Below, piece by piece: positions 30,661-41,500 of a stretch of DNA of 64,000 bases; positions within the stretch are counted from its first letter, which is position 1; the number at the start of each line of letters is the position of its first letter. A model generated the notes under the pieces. It saw only the letters and a list, made by a program, of their open reading frames with translations, did no database searches and had not been told where the DNA came from. The position numbers were made by a program, and so were the translations under genes. The stretch comes from Candidatus Poribacteria bacterium (GTDB lineage Bacteria > Poribacteria > WGA-4E > UBA9662), in the NCBI GenBank assembly GCA_036339735.1, contig JAYZAL010000036.1:1-64000 (forward strand). Reading direction: 5' to 3'.

Positions 30661-31899
30661 GTGAAAAGAGTTGTTGTTACCGGCATGGGTGTTGTTTCGG
30701 CGGTCGGCAACAATTTTGACGATTTTTGGGCGTCAATTGCGGCAGGAACAAACGGAATTGATTACATAACCCGTTTTGATACAACTGATTTCCGAACCAA
30801 GATGGGTGGAGAGGTTCGTGGATTCGAAGCTGAATCCTACATGGACAAAAAAGACGCTAAGCGCCTCCCTTTATTCATTCAATTTGCGCTTGCCAGTGCC
30901 ATGATGGCTCACAAAGATTCGGGCTTAAATTTAGAGCTCATAGATCCTTATAGGATCGGTGTTGGGGTTGGTTCGGGTATTGGTGGAATTTGTGTAATGG
31001 AAGAAAATGCTCGTCTACTGATGGAAAAAGGGCCAAAAAGAGTGAGTCCTTTTTTCGTTCCTTTCGAGATTATAAATATGGCGTCTGGCCGTATTTCCAT
31101 GAAACTCGGAGCTAAAGGCCCTAATTATGCTTCGGTTACTGCCTGTGCTACGTCTAACAACGCGATAGGTGAGGCATTCCGTATAGTACAACGTGGTGAT
31201 GCAGATGTAATGTTTACCGGTGGTTCCGAAGCTGCAATGACCCCGCTGGGATTTGCCGGTTTCTGTTCGATGAGGGCTATGTCAGCCCGAAATGATGACC
31301 CTAAACATGCGAGTCGTCCTTTTGACAAAAATCGGGATGGATTCGTGATGGGAGAGGGAGCGGGTGTGTTGGTGTTAGAATCTTTGGATCACGCTCTCGA
31401 TCGGAATGCCCAGATATATGCAGAAATTGTTGGATATGGCATGACAGCTGATGCTTACGATATGGTTCACCCGATTAGTAATGGAGAAGGAGCCGCCAAA
31501 GCAATGGAATTTGCGTTAATGGATGCTGAAATTGATTTGTCTGAAGTCGATTATATTAATGCACATGGCACTTCGACACCAGCCGGCGATCCTGCTGAAA
31601 CACAAGCAATTAAGCGCCTATTTGGGGAACGTTCCTACAAAATCCCTGTAAGTTCGACCAAGTCAATGACTGGTCATCTTCTAGGTGCTGCAGGCGCAAT
31701 TGAAATGATAGCAACTATTGGAAGCATACAATATAGCTTTGTTCCACCAACTATTAATCTAGTAGACGCTGACCCAAATTGCGATTTGGACTATGTTCCA
31801 AATGAGGGGCGGTCTGCGACCATTAACACCGCTTTGTCCAATTCATTTGGCTTTGGTGGACATAACACGGCTCTTGTTGTCCGAAAATTCCGACACTAG
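30661..31899 (+). CDS. fabF: Beta-ketoacyl-ACP synthase II
   Basis: [35 protein letters not shown]. Confidence 0.97.
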   Translation: MKRVVVTGMGVVSAVGNNFDDFWASIAAGTNGIDYITRFDTTDFRTKMGGEVRGFEAESYMDKKDAKRLPLFIQFALASAMMAHKDSGLNLELIDPYRIGVGVGSGIGGICVMEENARLLMEKGPKRVSPFFVPFEIINMASGRISMKLGAKGPNYASVTACATSNNAIGEAFRIVQRGDADVMFTGGSEAAMTPLGFAGFCSMRAMSARNDDPKHASRPFDKNRDGFVMGEGAGVLVLESLDHALDRNAQIYAEIVGYGMTADAYDMVHPISNGEGAAKAMEFALMDAEIDLSEVDYINAHGTSTPAGDPAETQAIKRLFGERSYKIPVSSTKSMTGHLLGAAGAIEMIATIGSIQYSFVPPTINLVDADPNCDLDYVPNEGRSATINTALSNSFGFGGHNTALVVRKFRH

Positions 31900-32401
31900 A
31901 GTTTTTATCGGAATTGGTACTAATGTAGGAGATCGGTCCAATTATATAGATCGTGCGTTGGACGAACTACGTTTAGAAGAGGAAATTTGGATAGAAGCGG
32001 TCTCGTCTATTTACGAAACAGTTCCTGTTGGTTTGCAAGATCAGCCTAATTTTCTGAACGGAGTAATCAGGATCAAAACTGCTGTTCGTCCATTGAATCT
32101 GTTGGAGATTTTGAAGCGAATTGAGGTTCAGGTTGGCCGTCAATACCGAAAACGCTGGGGACCTAGAGAAATCGATCTCGACATTTTGGTTTACGGCGAC
32201 CTAGTTTTAGACCACCCGCTACTAAGAATTCCGCATCCAGAAATGCTGAACCGACAATTCGTGCTACAGCCTCTGGTTGAAATTCAGCCAGATTTAATTC
32301 ATCCTTCTTGTAATCAAACTATCAGTCAGATTGTGTGTCATATGGCCACGGAAACAGAGACAGTCAGTCCGGAAAGGAAGAATTCAGACAGGCGACAATA
32401 G
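31877..32401 (+). CDS. folK: HPPK (2-amino-4-hydroxy-6-hydroxymethyldihydropteridine diphosphokinase)
   Basis: [35 protein letters not shown]. Start uncertain (TTG near 31874-31877; track start 31793 overlaps fabF). Confidence 0.92.
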   Translation: MSENSDTRVFIGIGTNVGDRSNYIDRALDELRLEEEIWIEAVSSIYETVPVGLQDQPNFLNGVIRIKTAVRPLNLLEILKRIEVQVGRQYRKRWGPREIDLDILVYGDLVLDHPLLRIPHPEMLNRQFVLQPLVEIQPDLIHPSCNQTISQIVCHMATETETVSPERKNSDRRQ

Positions 32402-32411
32402 AGATTTCATC

Positions 32412-33161
32412 GTGTTATTATCAAATCAGCAAATTGAAAATTATCAGGATAACGGTTATCTTACAGGACTTGAGATTTCAGACTCAGAAGAAGTCAAGAC
32501 CTTTCGAAAAGAATTTGATGAACTAGAAGTAAAAGAAGGAATTGAAAAATGCCAGATTGGCTTGGTTGATTACCACCTAAAGCACGAATTCATTTGGAAG
32601 ATTGCAAACCACCCAAAAATTCTTGACTGTATCGAGCAATTAATAGGACCAGACATATTACTGTTGGCCACTCACTTCTTCTGCAAGTATGGACCAAATG
32701 ATAAATTTGTGGCTTGGCATCAAGATGTGACCTACTGGGGTTTAAATCCACCGTTAGCTGTTACTGCGTGGTATGCCATTGATGATAGCGATATAGCTAA
32801 TGGTTGTATGCAAGTGATTCCTAGGACCCATAAATCGGGCCTTGCAACTCATGGGACGTCAAATCGATCGGGTAATTTACTCAGTATTAATCAAGAAATT
32901 GAGGTAGACAATACAAAATCGGCAGCCGCTGTTAATTTGATACTTAAGGCTGGTCAAATTTCTATTCATCACGGACACCTAATACATGGCAGTTTAGCTA
33001 ACCAGTCAAACCGGCGACGTTGCGGATTGACATTGCGATACGTGCCGCCATTCGTTCAACAAACCGAAGAAAATTCTATGGCAAGAAAATGGAAAGGGAT
33101 CTTGCTGCGTGGTCAAGATAACCACCAAAACTTCCCAAATATTATTCACCCTTTTATTTAG
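32412..33161 (+). CDS. Phytanoyl-CoA dioxygenase (PhyH) family protein
   Basis: WHQD, NGCMQVIPRTH, LIHGSLAN.S.RRR. GTG 32412 likely start. Confidence 0.9.
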   Translation: MLLSNQQIENYQDNGYLTGLEISDSEEVKTFRKEFDELEVKEGIEKCQIGLVDYHLKHEFIWKIANHPKILDCIEQLIGPDILLLATHFFCKYGPNDKFVAWHQDVTYWGLNPPLAVTAWYAIDDSDIANGCMQVIPRTHKSGLATHGTSNRSGNLLSINQEIEVDNTKSAAAVNLILKAGQISIHHGHLIHGSLANQSNRRRCGLTLRYVPPFVQQTEENSMARKWKGILLRGQDNHQNFPNIIHPFI

Positions 33162-33318
33162 CTGTGGGTTACTTATATAAAACCAGTAGAAATACTAGAA
33201 GAAAAATTGGCATGGTTACTAGGTGGGTTATTCCCAAGATCAGAGAATGGACAATTTAGTCTAGAAATAGGCAGGAAAATTGGTTACAATCATGGGGATA
33301 TGATCGCTGTAGTAGATA

Positions 33319-33936
33319 ATGGGAGCTGAGACGCGCATGGATTCAACAAATAAAGAAACAACTACGATAACATTGACAGAAGCAGCTGCGGAAAAGGTTC
33401 AGGCCATTATTGAGCAAGAATCATACGACGAAATAGCAGGTCTACGCATTAGTATTAGCGGACAAAAAGCAAATGAATTTGAATATGCATTAGGCTTAGA
33501 AGTTGAAGCTCGTCCCGATGATTTAGTGATTGAATCAAAAGGTGTCAAGGTACTAGTCGACCCTGCTAGTTTTAAGAATCTAGGTGGTGCTGAACTTGAC
33601 TACGTCGATGATTTGAACGCAAGTGGTTTTCGGGTTGATAATCCCAATCAGCCTACTTGGGAAGATCCGAGAGCACAGGAAATCCAGTTGGTAATAGATA
33701 ATCAGATTAACCCATCAGTGGCTTCTCATGGTGGCTATATTCAATTGCTTGATGTACAAGACGAAACTATTTATGTCCATATGGGAGGTGGCTGCCAAGG
33801 ATGTGGAATGGCTAAAGCAACACTCAAGCAAGGGGTAGAGCGTATAATCAAAGACCATTTCCCAGAGATTAATCATGTAATTGATACAACCGACCATGCT
33901 GCCGGTACCAACCCTTACTATCAGTCTGAATTGTAA
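33319..33936 (+). CDS. nfuA: Fe-S carrier NfuA-like (degenerate A-type domain plus NifU C-terminal domain)
   Basis: ITLTEAAAEKV...GFRVDNPN, INPSVASHGG, GGGCQGCG...TLKQGVE. Confidence 0.88.
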   Translation: MGAETRMDSTNKETTTITLTEAAAEKVQAIIEQESYDEIAGLRISISGQKANEFEYALGLEVEARPDDLVIESKGVKVLVDPASFKNLGGAELDYVDDLNASGFRVDNPNQPTWEDPRAQEIQLVIDNQINPSVASHGGYIQLLDVQDETIYVHMGGGCQGCGMAKATLKQGVERIIKDHFPEINHVIDTTDHAAGTNPYYQSEL

Positions 33937-33964
33937 ACCAACAATTCAAAATTTATTATCAGCT

Positions 33965-33993
33965 AAGCAGAAGTTAACACTTCTGCTTTTTTT
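33965..33993 (+). terminator. Intrinsic terminator after nfuA
   Basis: AAGCAGAAGT-TAAC-ACTTCTGCTT followed by a T-run. Confidence 0.85.
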
Positions 33994-34028
33994 ATGCCCG
34001 AAAATAGGTTTCATCTGCAAATCTTAGA

Positions 34029-34057
34029 TAGACAAATATCCGAAATATTGATAGGAT
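34029..34057 (+). promoter_or_regulatory. Putative promoter of the PhyH-like/oxidoreductase pair
   Basis: TAGACA-N17-TAGGAT with TGn. AATAT-N5-ATATT dyad in the spacer. Confidence 0.45.
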
Positions 34058-34125
34058 TATGCGAGAAGAAAGAAAGCAAAAATATGAATGGTCTGTTATG
34101 GACCTTCTTTTGAGGATAATCAGAC

Positions 34126-35301
34126 ATGACCACTGAATATTACCGAGCTACTAATTTTGCTGATTCAAAAACTGAGCTATCGGCTCCGGGTGCTACACCC
34201 GAGCGGTTGGAGTATTTATCAAAATATGGTTTTGTCATCATCACTGACTTTGTAAATAATCCGTGGATACCTATTTTGAGAGAGGCTGGCCGCCGAGTGA
34301 CCGAAGCTTGTTCACCTGAAAATGGATACAAACTAATTGACAGTTCTAAAGGCTATGTTCACAGGGCAAAAGAAGATGAGCCTTGGGCAATTCGAGGACT
34401 AATTCATCCAGAATTTAACGAGCCTAGTTTCGCTAAATTTCATGGATCAACTGACTTCCTTGATTTTGTCGCTTCTTGGTGCCATGGGTTGCAAGCAGAA
34501 GATTTGGTTCTAAGAGGTATGCTATTATGGTGTAACCCTAGACGTTATGAAAATGGCCCTAGCTGGCACCGAGATGTTACTTGGTGGGGAACAGGTAAAG
34601 ACTACTTTTCACAAAAAGAGATTCGAGGAGAAGGCCCCGAAGCTTATTCTGAAGAAACAGAAAAGAAATTATGGAAAAAGATTCAGGAAAGAGGCGTTAA
34701 GTCAACAAAAGAGCGTAATGGGGTCAGTATGTTCCTCGCTTTAGTGGATGACGAATGTCATGAATTAATACCAGGGAGTCATTACCGTTGGAGAACCCCA
34801 TTCGAACACGACGTGTTATTACCACAGACGGCAAAGGATCAAGGTATACCTTATACACCCAGTTGGAATGGAATTGATCCACTACCTGGTCAAGTAGCAA
34901 TTAGGCTTAAGGCCGGAGAAGCTCTGATTCGGAATGGAGCAACTATCCACACCGGACATACTGTTCCAAACCGCGAACGAAATACATTGTCAATAGGTTG
35001 GTCAAAGTGGGATAGATCTTCTGATGAGCCATTGGTAGCGGATGCTAGGGATGCGTGGCAACTAGATCCAGCAGTGCGCGAAGGAATACCTTACTCATGG
35101 ATGCAAACCGCTTGGGATCGATGGGCACAGACAAAAAAATTAGGCAACACACTTGAGGATAGATATGCTGGTTACGATATTCAGCAGATCAAATCAGGTC
35201 ACGTAGTAGGTTGGAAAAGTGAACTGGAGCAAGAGGCTGCAAGGCTAGGTAATAGCTGGAAATCCTTCCAAACAGTATCTGAAACTCTGACGATCAAGTA
35301 A
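34126..35301 (+). CDS. Divergent PhyH-like Fe(II)/2OG dioxygenase
   Basis: WHRD, LIPGSHYR, LKAGE..I.....IHTG...R. Confidence 0.75.
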   Translation: MTTEYYRATNFADSKTELSAPGATPERLEYLSKYGFVIITDFVNNPWIPILREAGRRVTEACSPENGYKLIDSSKGYVHRAKEDEPWAIRGLIHPEFNEPSFAKFHGSTDFLDFVASWCHGLQAEDLVLRGMLLWCNPRRYENGPSWHRDVTWWGTGKDYFSQKEIRGEGPEAYSEETEKKLWKKIQERGVKSTKERNGVSMFLALVDDECHELIPGSHYRWRTPFEHDVLLPQTAKDQGIPYTPSWNGIDPLPGQVAIRLKAGEALIRNGATIHTGHTVPNRERNTLSIGWSKWDRSSDEPLVADARDAWQLDPAVREGIPYSWMQTAWDRWAQTKKLGNTLEDRYAGYDIQQIKSGHVVGWKSELEQEAARLGNSWKSFQTVSETLTIK

Positions 35302-35327
35302 AAAAAGCGAAAATACGGAACAAAAAC

Positions 35328-36509
35328 ATGAATCAACCAATATACCGAGTAGCAATTTTAGGGTGTCGATCTCGTGGTTCTGCGGCTGCCAGAGTTTATA
35401 ATGCACACCCAAGAACCAAAGTAGTTGGAATTTGTGACCTAGTAGAAGACCGCCTAAATAAAATAGGTGAGGAACTAGGTATCACAGCTCGATTTACTGA
35501 TTTAGACGAAATGATTAGGCACACTGAGCCAGATATTGTAGCCATTCCCACTGCACCGTCTCTACATGCTCCTTTGGCGTTAAAGGTCTTAGAACACGGG
35601 GTTAATATCGAGGTCGAAAAGCCAATGGGAATGGATCTAATAGAAACAGATTCTGTCATGAGAAAAGCAGTGGAGCAGAATGTTCAGGTAGCCGTTCACC
35701 ATCAATGGCGATTAAGTGGTTGGACACAAGCTATCAACCGGATCTATCAAGAAGGTGGGATAGGAGAGTTACGACACATTTATGCAAGTGGAAAAGGTTA
35801 TTACGGTGGATTTGGCTTAATGGAAATCGGAACGCATTTGCTAACCCACATGATGAAGTTTGGTGGAAGTTGTCGAGGAGTTACAGCCCACGCGACTACA
35901 CGTGGTAGACCCATTACACCAAACGATGTCTTACCTGCTCCACGAGGTAATGGCATCATTGCAGGTGATAATATTACGGCGTCCCTACAATTTGATAATG
36001 GAGTTACGGGAACGTTACTTCAACACAAATTCGATAGAATCAATTTAGACGCGCATGTAGTTGAGCTCTACGGTACTGAAGGGAGGTTGATGTGGCATCC
36101 ACATGGTGCATGGAAATTAAATAATCCTCACGTAGTACCACAAAATGGGCCTCCGAATTGGGAAGTTTTAACACCAATCTACCCAGATAGCTTCGCTGAA
36201 GCCGTCAAACAGATTTCTCATAATAGTGATATGATAGAGGGAGATTACTGGTTTGTAGAAGAGTATGTACGGGCTTTAGATGAAGGTCGTGAACATGAAT
36301 GCAGTGGGGCAGCGGGTAGTCATGTTATCGAAATCATTATGGGTATTTTTGAATCCGCGGCTTATGGAATTCATGTTAGTTTACCACAAGCTAACAGAAA
36401 GCATCCCCTTGTTCGATGGCGCGAGGAAGCTGGGCTCGGTGCACCAGAACCAATGCCAATGGCAGACGATAAATGGTTGATTGAAGAGCAAAAAAGACTA
36501 GGAGCCTGA
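35328..36509 (+). CDS. Gfo/Idh/MocA family oxidoreductase
   Basis: RVAILGC..RG, EKPMG, MEIGTH, ELYGTEG. Confidence 0.9.
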   Translation: MNQPIYRVAILGCRSRGSAAARVYNAHPRTKVVGICDLVEDRLNKIGEELGITARFTDLDEMIRHTEPDIVAIPTAPSLHAPLALKVLEHGVNIEVEKPMGMDLIETDSVMRKAVEQNVQVAVHHQWRLSGWTQAINRIYQEGGIGELRHIYASGKGYYGGFGLMEIGTHLLTHMMKFGGSCRGVTAHATTRGRPITPNDVLPAPRGNGIIAGDNITASLQFDNGVTGTLLQHKFDRINLDAHVVELYGTEGRLMWHPHGAWKLNNPHVVPQNGPPNWEVLTPIYPDSFAEAVKQISHNSDMIEGDYWFVEEYVRALDEGREHECSGAAGSHVIEIIMGIFESAAYGIHVSLPQANRKHPLVRWREEAGLGAPEPMPMADDKWLIEEQKRLGA

Positions 36510-36541
36510 TGAATATGTTTCGCTCGAATAGCATCTTTTGC

Positions 36542-37543
36542 TTATATATTCGACTTGCCATCGATTGAGGTGGGTTGGATCGATGACGATAGCGGTCGAG
36601 TTAATCCGATTATTTTTCTCCCATCAACTAGTAGTTGGCGGGCCTCCACCTTATTTGGTTTTAGCTCTGAAAACTTGACAAGGTCTGCCCGTTGGAGAAA
36701 ATTCTCTATCTGAGTCCAAATTGGTTTCTTTACTCCAATATCCTTCAAACTGACTACTAATGATGGCGTTGGCAATTCCATGAACGGTAGTTCGTACCGA
36801 GCTTCCAGATATCTGCGAACCACCCGAGATAGCTGCGTATAATAGGTTTTGAACTGAGCAGCATCTATCCAGTTCGAGTTTTCTATCAAATCTAAATTAG
36901 CGTAAGCAATTTCGTGTGGTAGTTTACCTACTACAGAAGTTTCTGCTGGTCTAATCGGTCTGTACCTGTAGAAGTAAAACCAGATAATTCCCCCCCCCAA
37001 AGTCAACCCTAATATTGACCAAACGACATGGATCCACCACCGAATAGGTAATAAGATTGGCGGCTTGATATCTCGAATCCGATCCGGTTCATCTGAATTA
37101 TTTTTGACAGAATGAATTTTCAACTTATAGGTAGGTGTGTTAATTTTTTGCGTTCCTTGACGAATGTGGATTGATGGTAATGCATAATCTCCAATATTGA
37201 AAGCTTGCATAGAGAAAAAGACACGATACGGCCCGTTTTCAACTAATACAACTACCGGTTTATTCACAATTTCTAAACCAGAATCTGCTGGTAACCCAAA
37301 TGGTGAGATAACTAATTCGTTTTCACTGTCACCATCTAACTCAAGTACTAAGCTAAACTGGTCGCCTAAAACGACATGACTTGGTTCAAAGTAGTGAGAA
37401 GAGATGGTCAAGGCACAAGTCGGGTAGACAAAAATAAAAACGAAAAAAATGCTAAACAAACAAGAACTAAAACGAGAAAGGTAAGTAAACAACAGGAGTA
37501 AGAATTCACCAAAAAAGTGATCGAAATAAATGATTATCTGCAA
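36542..37543 (-). CDS. BatD-like/DUF4381-like membrane-anchored protein
   Basis: Ig-like N-region, IRDIKPP, TM helix, PHEIA...YYTQLS..VRRYLE.RY, ADLVKFS. Start uncertain. Confidence 0.7.
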   Translation of the reverse strand: MQIIIYFDHFFGEFLLLLFTYLSRFSSCLFSIFFVFIFVYPTCALTISSHYFEPSHVVLGDQFSLVLELDGDSENELVISPFGLPADSGLEIVNKPVVVLVENGPYRVFFSMQAFNIGDYALPSIHIRQGTQKINTPTYKLKIHSVKNNSDEPDRIRDIKPPILLPIRWWIHVVWSILGLTLGGGIIWFYFYRYRPIRPAETSVVGKLPHEIAYANLDLIENSNWIDAAQFKTYYTQLSRVVRRYLEARYELPFMELPTPSLVVSLKDIGVKKPIWTQIENFLQRADLVKFSELKPNKVEARQLLVDGRKIIGLTRPLSSSIQPTSIDGKSNI

Positions 37544-37572
37544 CCGAAGATGAGGCTAGACATAACATATAT

Positions 37573-38565
37573 TTATCGCGCAATTAAAAGCGACCAACGA
37601 TGGTAGTTACCAATTTGAGACTTTGGAGTATAAGAAAAAGCATAGTCTAACTGCAAAGCAAATAAGTAGGAAACTGCTAAGCGATATCCTGCACCAATAT
37701 TCCAACTAGACGCACCATAGTTACCGAGCATACGCCCCCCCCTAACAGCAATTTCTGAATCAATACGATTAAGTCGAATCCAGTGTTCAACTCCCGCCTT
37801 GACTTGAGTTGAATTAGACGTAATTACCCTAAGGATTAATGGACGGTTGCCGGAAGTTGAAGACAATTTTTCGCTAGTAATTTCAGCTGTCAATGTCGTA
37901 TGGTTTGACGTCCAAGCTAAACCCATTCGAAACGTCCGATTCAAATGATTATAGTCTTTATCACTTGGGTTGAAAGAGATTCGAAGTGGACGTAAATTTT
38001 CTTGGACCAAGGCTAATTTAAGATTCGGCAATGGCCAGTAAAGTAGACCAATTGTTGGTAAAGGGTAAAAAGATTTGCGGATACCATCTGCAAACAAGGG
38101 GTCTTGGCGATCAGCGCCTAAATAAGCAACGGACAAACGTCTCAAATTCACGCCGATGCTCAATGGCAGGTTTAACTGAGTACTCAGATCGTAACCATAA
38201 GTTACTTGTAGTATCTGCTCTCGATACAAGTCTGGTTCACCATTTTGTAAAACAGCTAAGGAGGCAGTTCCATAGAAAAGATTTGGAATTGTTGTAGCTA
38301 ACATTTCCGTAGAAAACGCGCCCACGGGATAATGTACACGCGTTGTTGCCAATTCGTATCGGTCAATTTGAGAAATGCCCGCTGGATTCAAAAACACAGA
38401 AGCCGTGTCGTCGGCAACAGCCACGAATGCACCAGCCATTCCAACTGAACGTGCTGAAACATCAGCATGAAAGAAGGCCGCCCGAATAGGGGTTATAGGC
38501 ACCAGTAGAAGTACGAACCCAATGAACTTCAAAAAATAGTTTAATCGATAATTATTGACACTCAT
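37573..38565 (-). CDS. PorV/PorQ (FadL-superfamily) outer-membrane beta-barrel
   Basis: Signal peptide, ARSVGMAGAFVAVADDTASVFLNPAGI, C-terminal GAGY...LDYAF...HRWSL. Confidence 0.8.
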   Translation of the reverse strand: MSVNNYRLNYFLKFIGFVLLLVPITPIRAAFFHADVSARSVGMAGAFVAVADDTASVFLNPAGISQIDRYELATTRVHYPVGAFSTEMLATTIPNLFYGTASLAVLQNGEPDLYREQILQVTYGYDLSTQLNLPLSIGVNLRRLSVAYLGADRQDPLFADGIRKSFYPLPTIGLLYWPLPNLKLALVQENLRPLRISFNPSDKDYNHLNRTFRMGLAWTSNHTTLTAEITSEKLSSTSGNRPLILRVITSNSTQVKAGVEHWIRLNRIDSEIAVRGGRMLGNYGASSWNIGAGYRLAVSYLFALQLDYAFSYTPKSQIGNYHRWSLLIAR

Positions 38566-38583
38566 ATAAAAAAGGAAATAAAC

Positions 38584-41500
38584 TCAACGAGCAATAACAC
38601 ACACACCTTTTTTAACATCTGTATCACTAGAAGGGCGTAACCGTCCTTTTCGCTCAGTTTCAGTAAAGTTGTTGGAGTCTGTGTAACCCACGGTCAATAC
38701 GTAGAAATAAGCCCCCGAAGGTAACAAATATCCTCTTTGATCTTTACCATTCCAACGAAAACGCCACCATTGGTTTTGTTGTATAGCCTGACTTGATTGA
38801 TACATTAATTGACCTGATGGAGTATAGACGAAAAATTCACTTTCAGCAATCGAACGTTCGTTTTGCGATCGAAATGAAATGATGAATTGGTCGTTATAAG
38901 TAGTTAGACCAGGAGTAATAATTCGACTAGGTGGGTCAATTTGGCAAATTAGTCCACTAGCCAGTGATTCAACGGTATCAATAGTGATAGTTTGATCATA
39001 ATAAGGCCCGGCTGCGACAATTTCATCGGCCCGAAGTGCAGGTAAAGGAGGTAGTTTTTCATCCTCGTCGTTGTTTTCATCATCCAAAGTAATATTACTG
39101 CTCCTAATATAACCTCGAGTTTGCCCTTCAACTAAATAGCCAAAGCCGAAGTCTTTGCTGCTACTAATGTAATACCACTGACCTCTTTTAGCGACTGCCG
39201 TAATTCGTTCATTATTAATATAGCCGATAATTTGGCCACTTTTTTCAGGTTTGGCAAATAACGGAACACTCCCTTTCGTATTAGCATTACCTGATCTCAC
39301 TAGTGGATTAGTTACTTCCGAGCTGCTATCGTTTTTGTCATCTATTTCATTAGTTTCTACATTTGGAGATACGATTTGAGAGAATTTTCGCCAAGCACTA
39401 CTGATCGCTGAAACAGAAACAAGGCGAAGGTTATATTGCCCGGCTTGCTGGAGGTTGGAAAGTCGCAAATCCCAGATGAATTCGGTCTTATTTTGCTGTT
39501 TTTGGCCCAATGTAGATAATGAGATACTATCGGAAGCGGGCTCGCCGGGAATCCGGATAGTTGCTATTTGCCATACTTCAGTTCCATTTAATCTAAATAG
39601 CAGCATCAAATTAGGGAGAGGAGTTGGAAACTCCTGAAAAGTTAGTTCAACAGATATTTTAGTCTCGTCAACTGGCTGTGTAGAGAATGTTTTGAATTGT
39701 GGCGTCAGACGTCCTGTGTTGTTAACACGTACTTCGCGTACGGTCTCAGCCTTCCTATTTTCCTGATCCTCAACAACCAGTTTAAGGACAACTACTTGGT
39801 CTAGATTAGCAAGGTCGTCCATACCCGCAAACCATGCAACGGTATATCGGGTATAACGTTCCATTGGAATATCATCAATACTGGAAATTTCGACTTTTTT
39901 TGTATCCAAGTCCATGTTTTGTAACACACACGGCTTAAAGTTTTCTTCAACCGTTACTGGTAATGAAGGTGCAGTTGACACAACTGATGAATCAGAAATG
40001 GACTCATTCTGGGCACGCACATAATAGAAGGCACTGACCCAAACTTTTTGAGATTCCCAATGTGCATCTGGGTCTCTCAAATTGAGCAAAATCCGACGAG
40101 TAGAGAATTCGTCATATGGAGTTGAATCAATTTTCAGACTAGCTATCACAGGTCGGTCTAACACCTGTACAACCTGAACTGTGGCCCGCGCGGTAGTTTT
40201 AGATTGACTTGTAATTCGTTCTGCAACCTGAAACTCGACGATTTCATTGTCTTTGGTAAACCAGTTAGGTTCGGCAGTGGAAAAAGTCGCAACCCCATTC
40301 TTGATCGTAACCGAAAGTTGATCTGGTTTTTTGATAATTGAAAACTTTACTTGGGCATCAACTGGCTGCTTGTTGGCAAAATCAACGCTTTCCACCAGTT
40401 TCAATAAATTAGTCGAAGAAGTTTGATCCTCTTCAAAGGTCACATTAAAATCTGAGAAAGTGATTTCATCTGGCTGAGGCACAACCGAAACATTAACAGG
40501 AATAGTTAGTTTCTGTTGCTCTGTATCTTCAACACTGAGTTCGATTGATATCTTCCGGGGTGTAGCTTCCAATCTAGAATGCCAATCCGGAGCGGGCACT
40601 AGGAAAAGTGTATGCTCTTCGATTTTGACGGTTATATTGTCAACTGAATCAGCTGAATACTTGAGTCTGGTCGGTTCGTCCTCATCATCTAGAAAGTATT
40701 CTGATAAATCAAGTTTAAAATCAAGTTGATCTTCTATAAGGTTATTAATTGCTCTTAGAGGTTTAGCAGGATTAACCCTTGGTTTCTCTGCCGTTGGTAT
40801 GACTGTAACTCGAATTGACTGATTTGTTACATTCTTGTCCGTATCAGTGGCACTGATGGTTACGATTTCTGTTCCATGCCAATCGTTATCGGAAACCGAA
40901 AAAGTCAGTTGTTGTTTTGTGGGTTGATTGGTGGCCGTGATCTGTACCCCATTTTCTTCAATTTTGATGATGAGTTTATCAACTGGGTCGTTATCCCCAA
41001 CAATATCTTGCCACTTTATAGTCAACTGGGAAGGCGAATTTGTCTTGTCTGATTCATCAAAACTTATAGAATCAACAACGAAGATCGGAGGCCCAGTTGT
41101 TTGTTTGACAGTAATTGTTATTTGACCTATTGCGGTCAGATTTTCTGTCCCATCTATTTCTTTATTTCTATCGGTAACGGTCACGGTGATTTTTTCGGTA
41201 CCAGCCCACGCTTCTTCCTTTGCTTCAACAATAAGATAAGCTTTTAAATCGACTATATCAACAAATGCATCCAGATGCTCGCTACCCTCCACTTTCCAAC
41301 TTAGCTCATCATTATATTGATCATCGTCGAACACCAGGTCGTCGGTATCAAATTCACCTTTTTCACCCTGATTTACCACAAGAGGTTGTTGCTTGAGAAA
41401 CAATGGTGGTTCAGCGACAGGCATGACATTGAGAACGGCTTGAGCTTGTACTTCCCCTTCTTTACCATCAACCTTACCGACGGAGCCAACCTTAATAACA

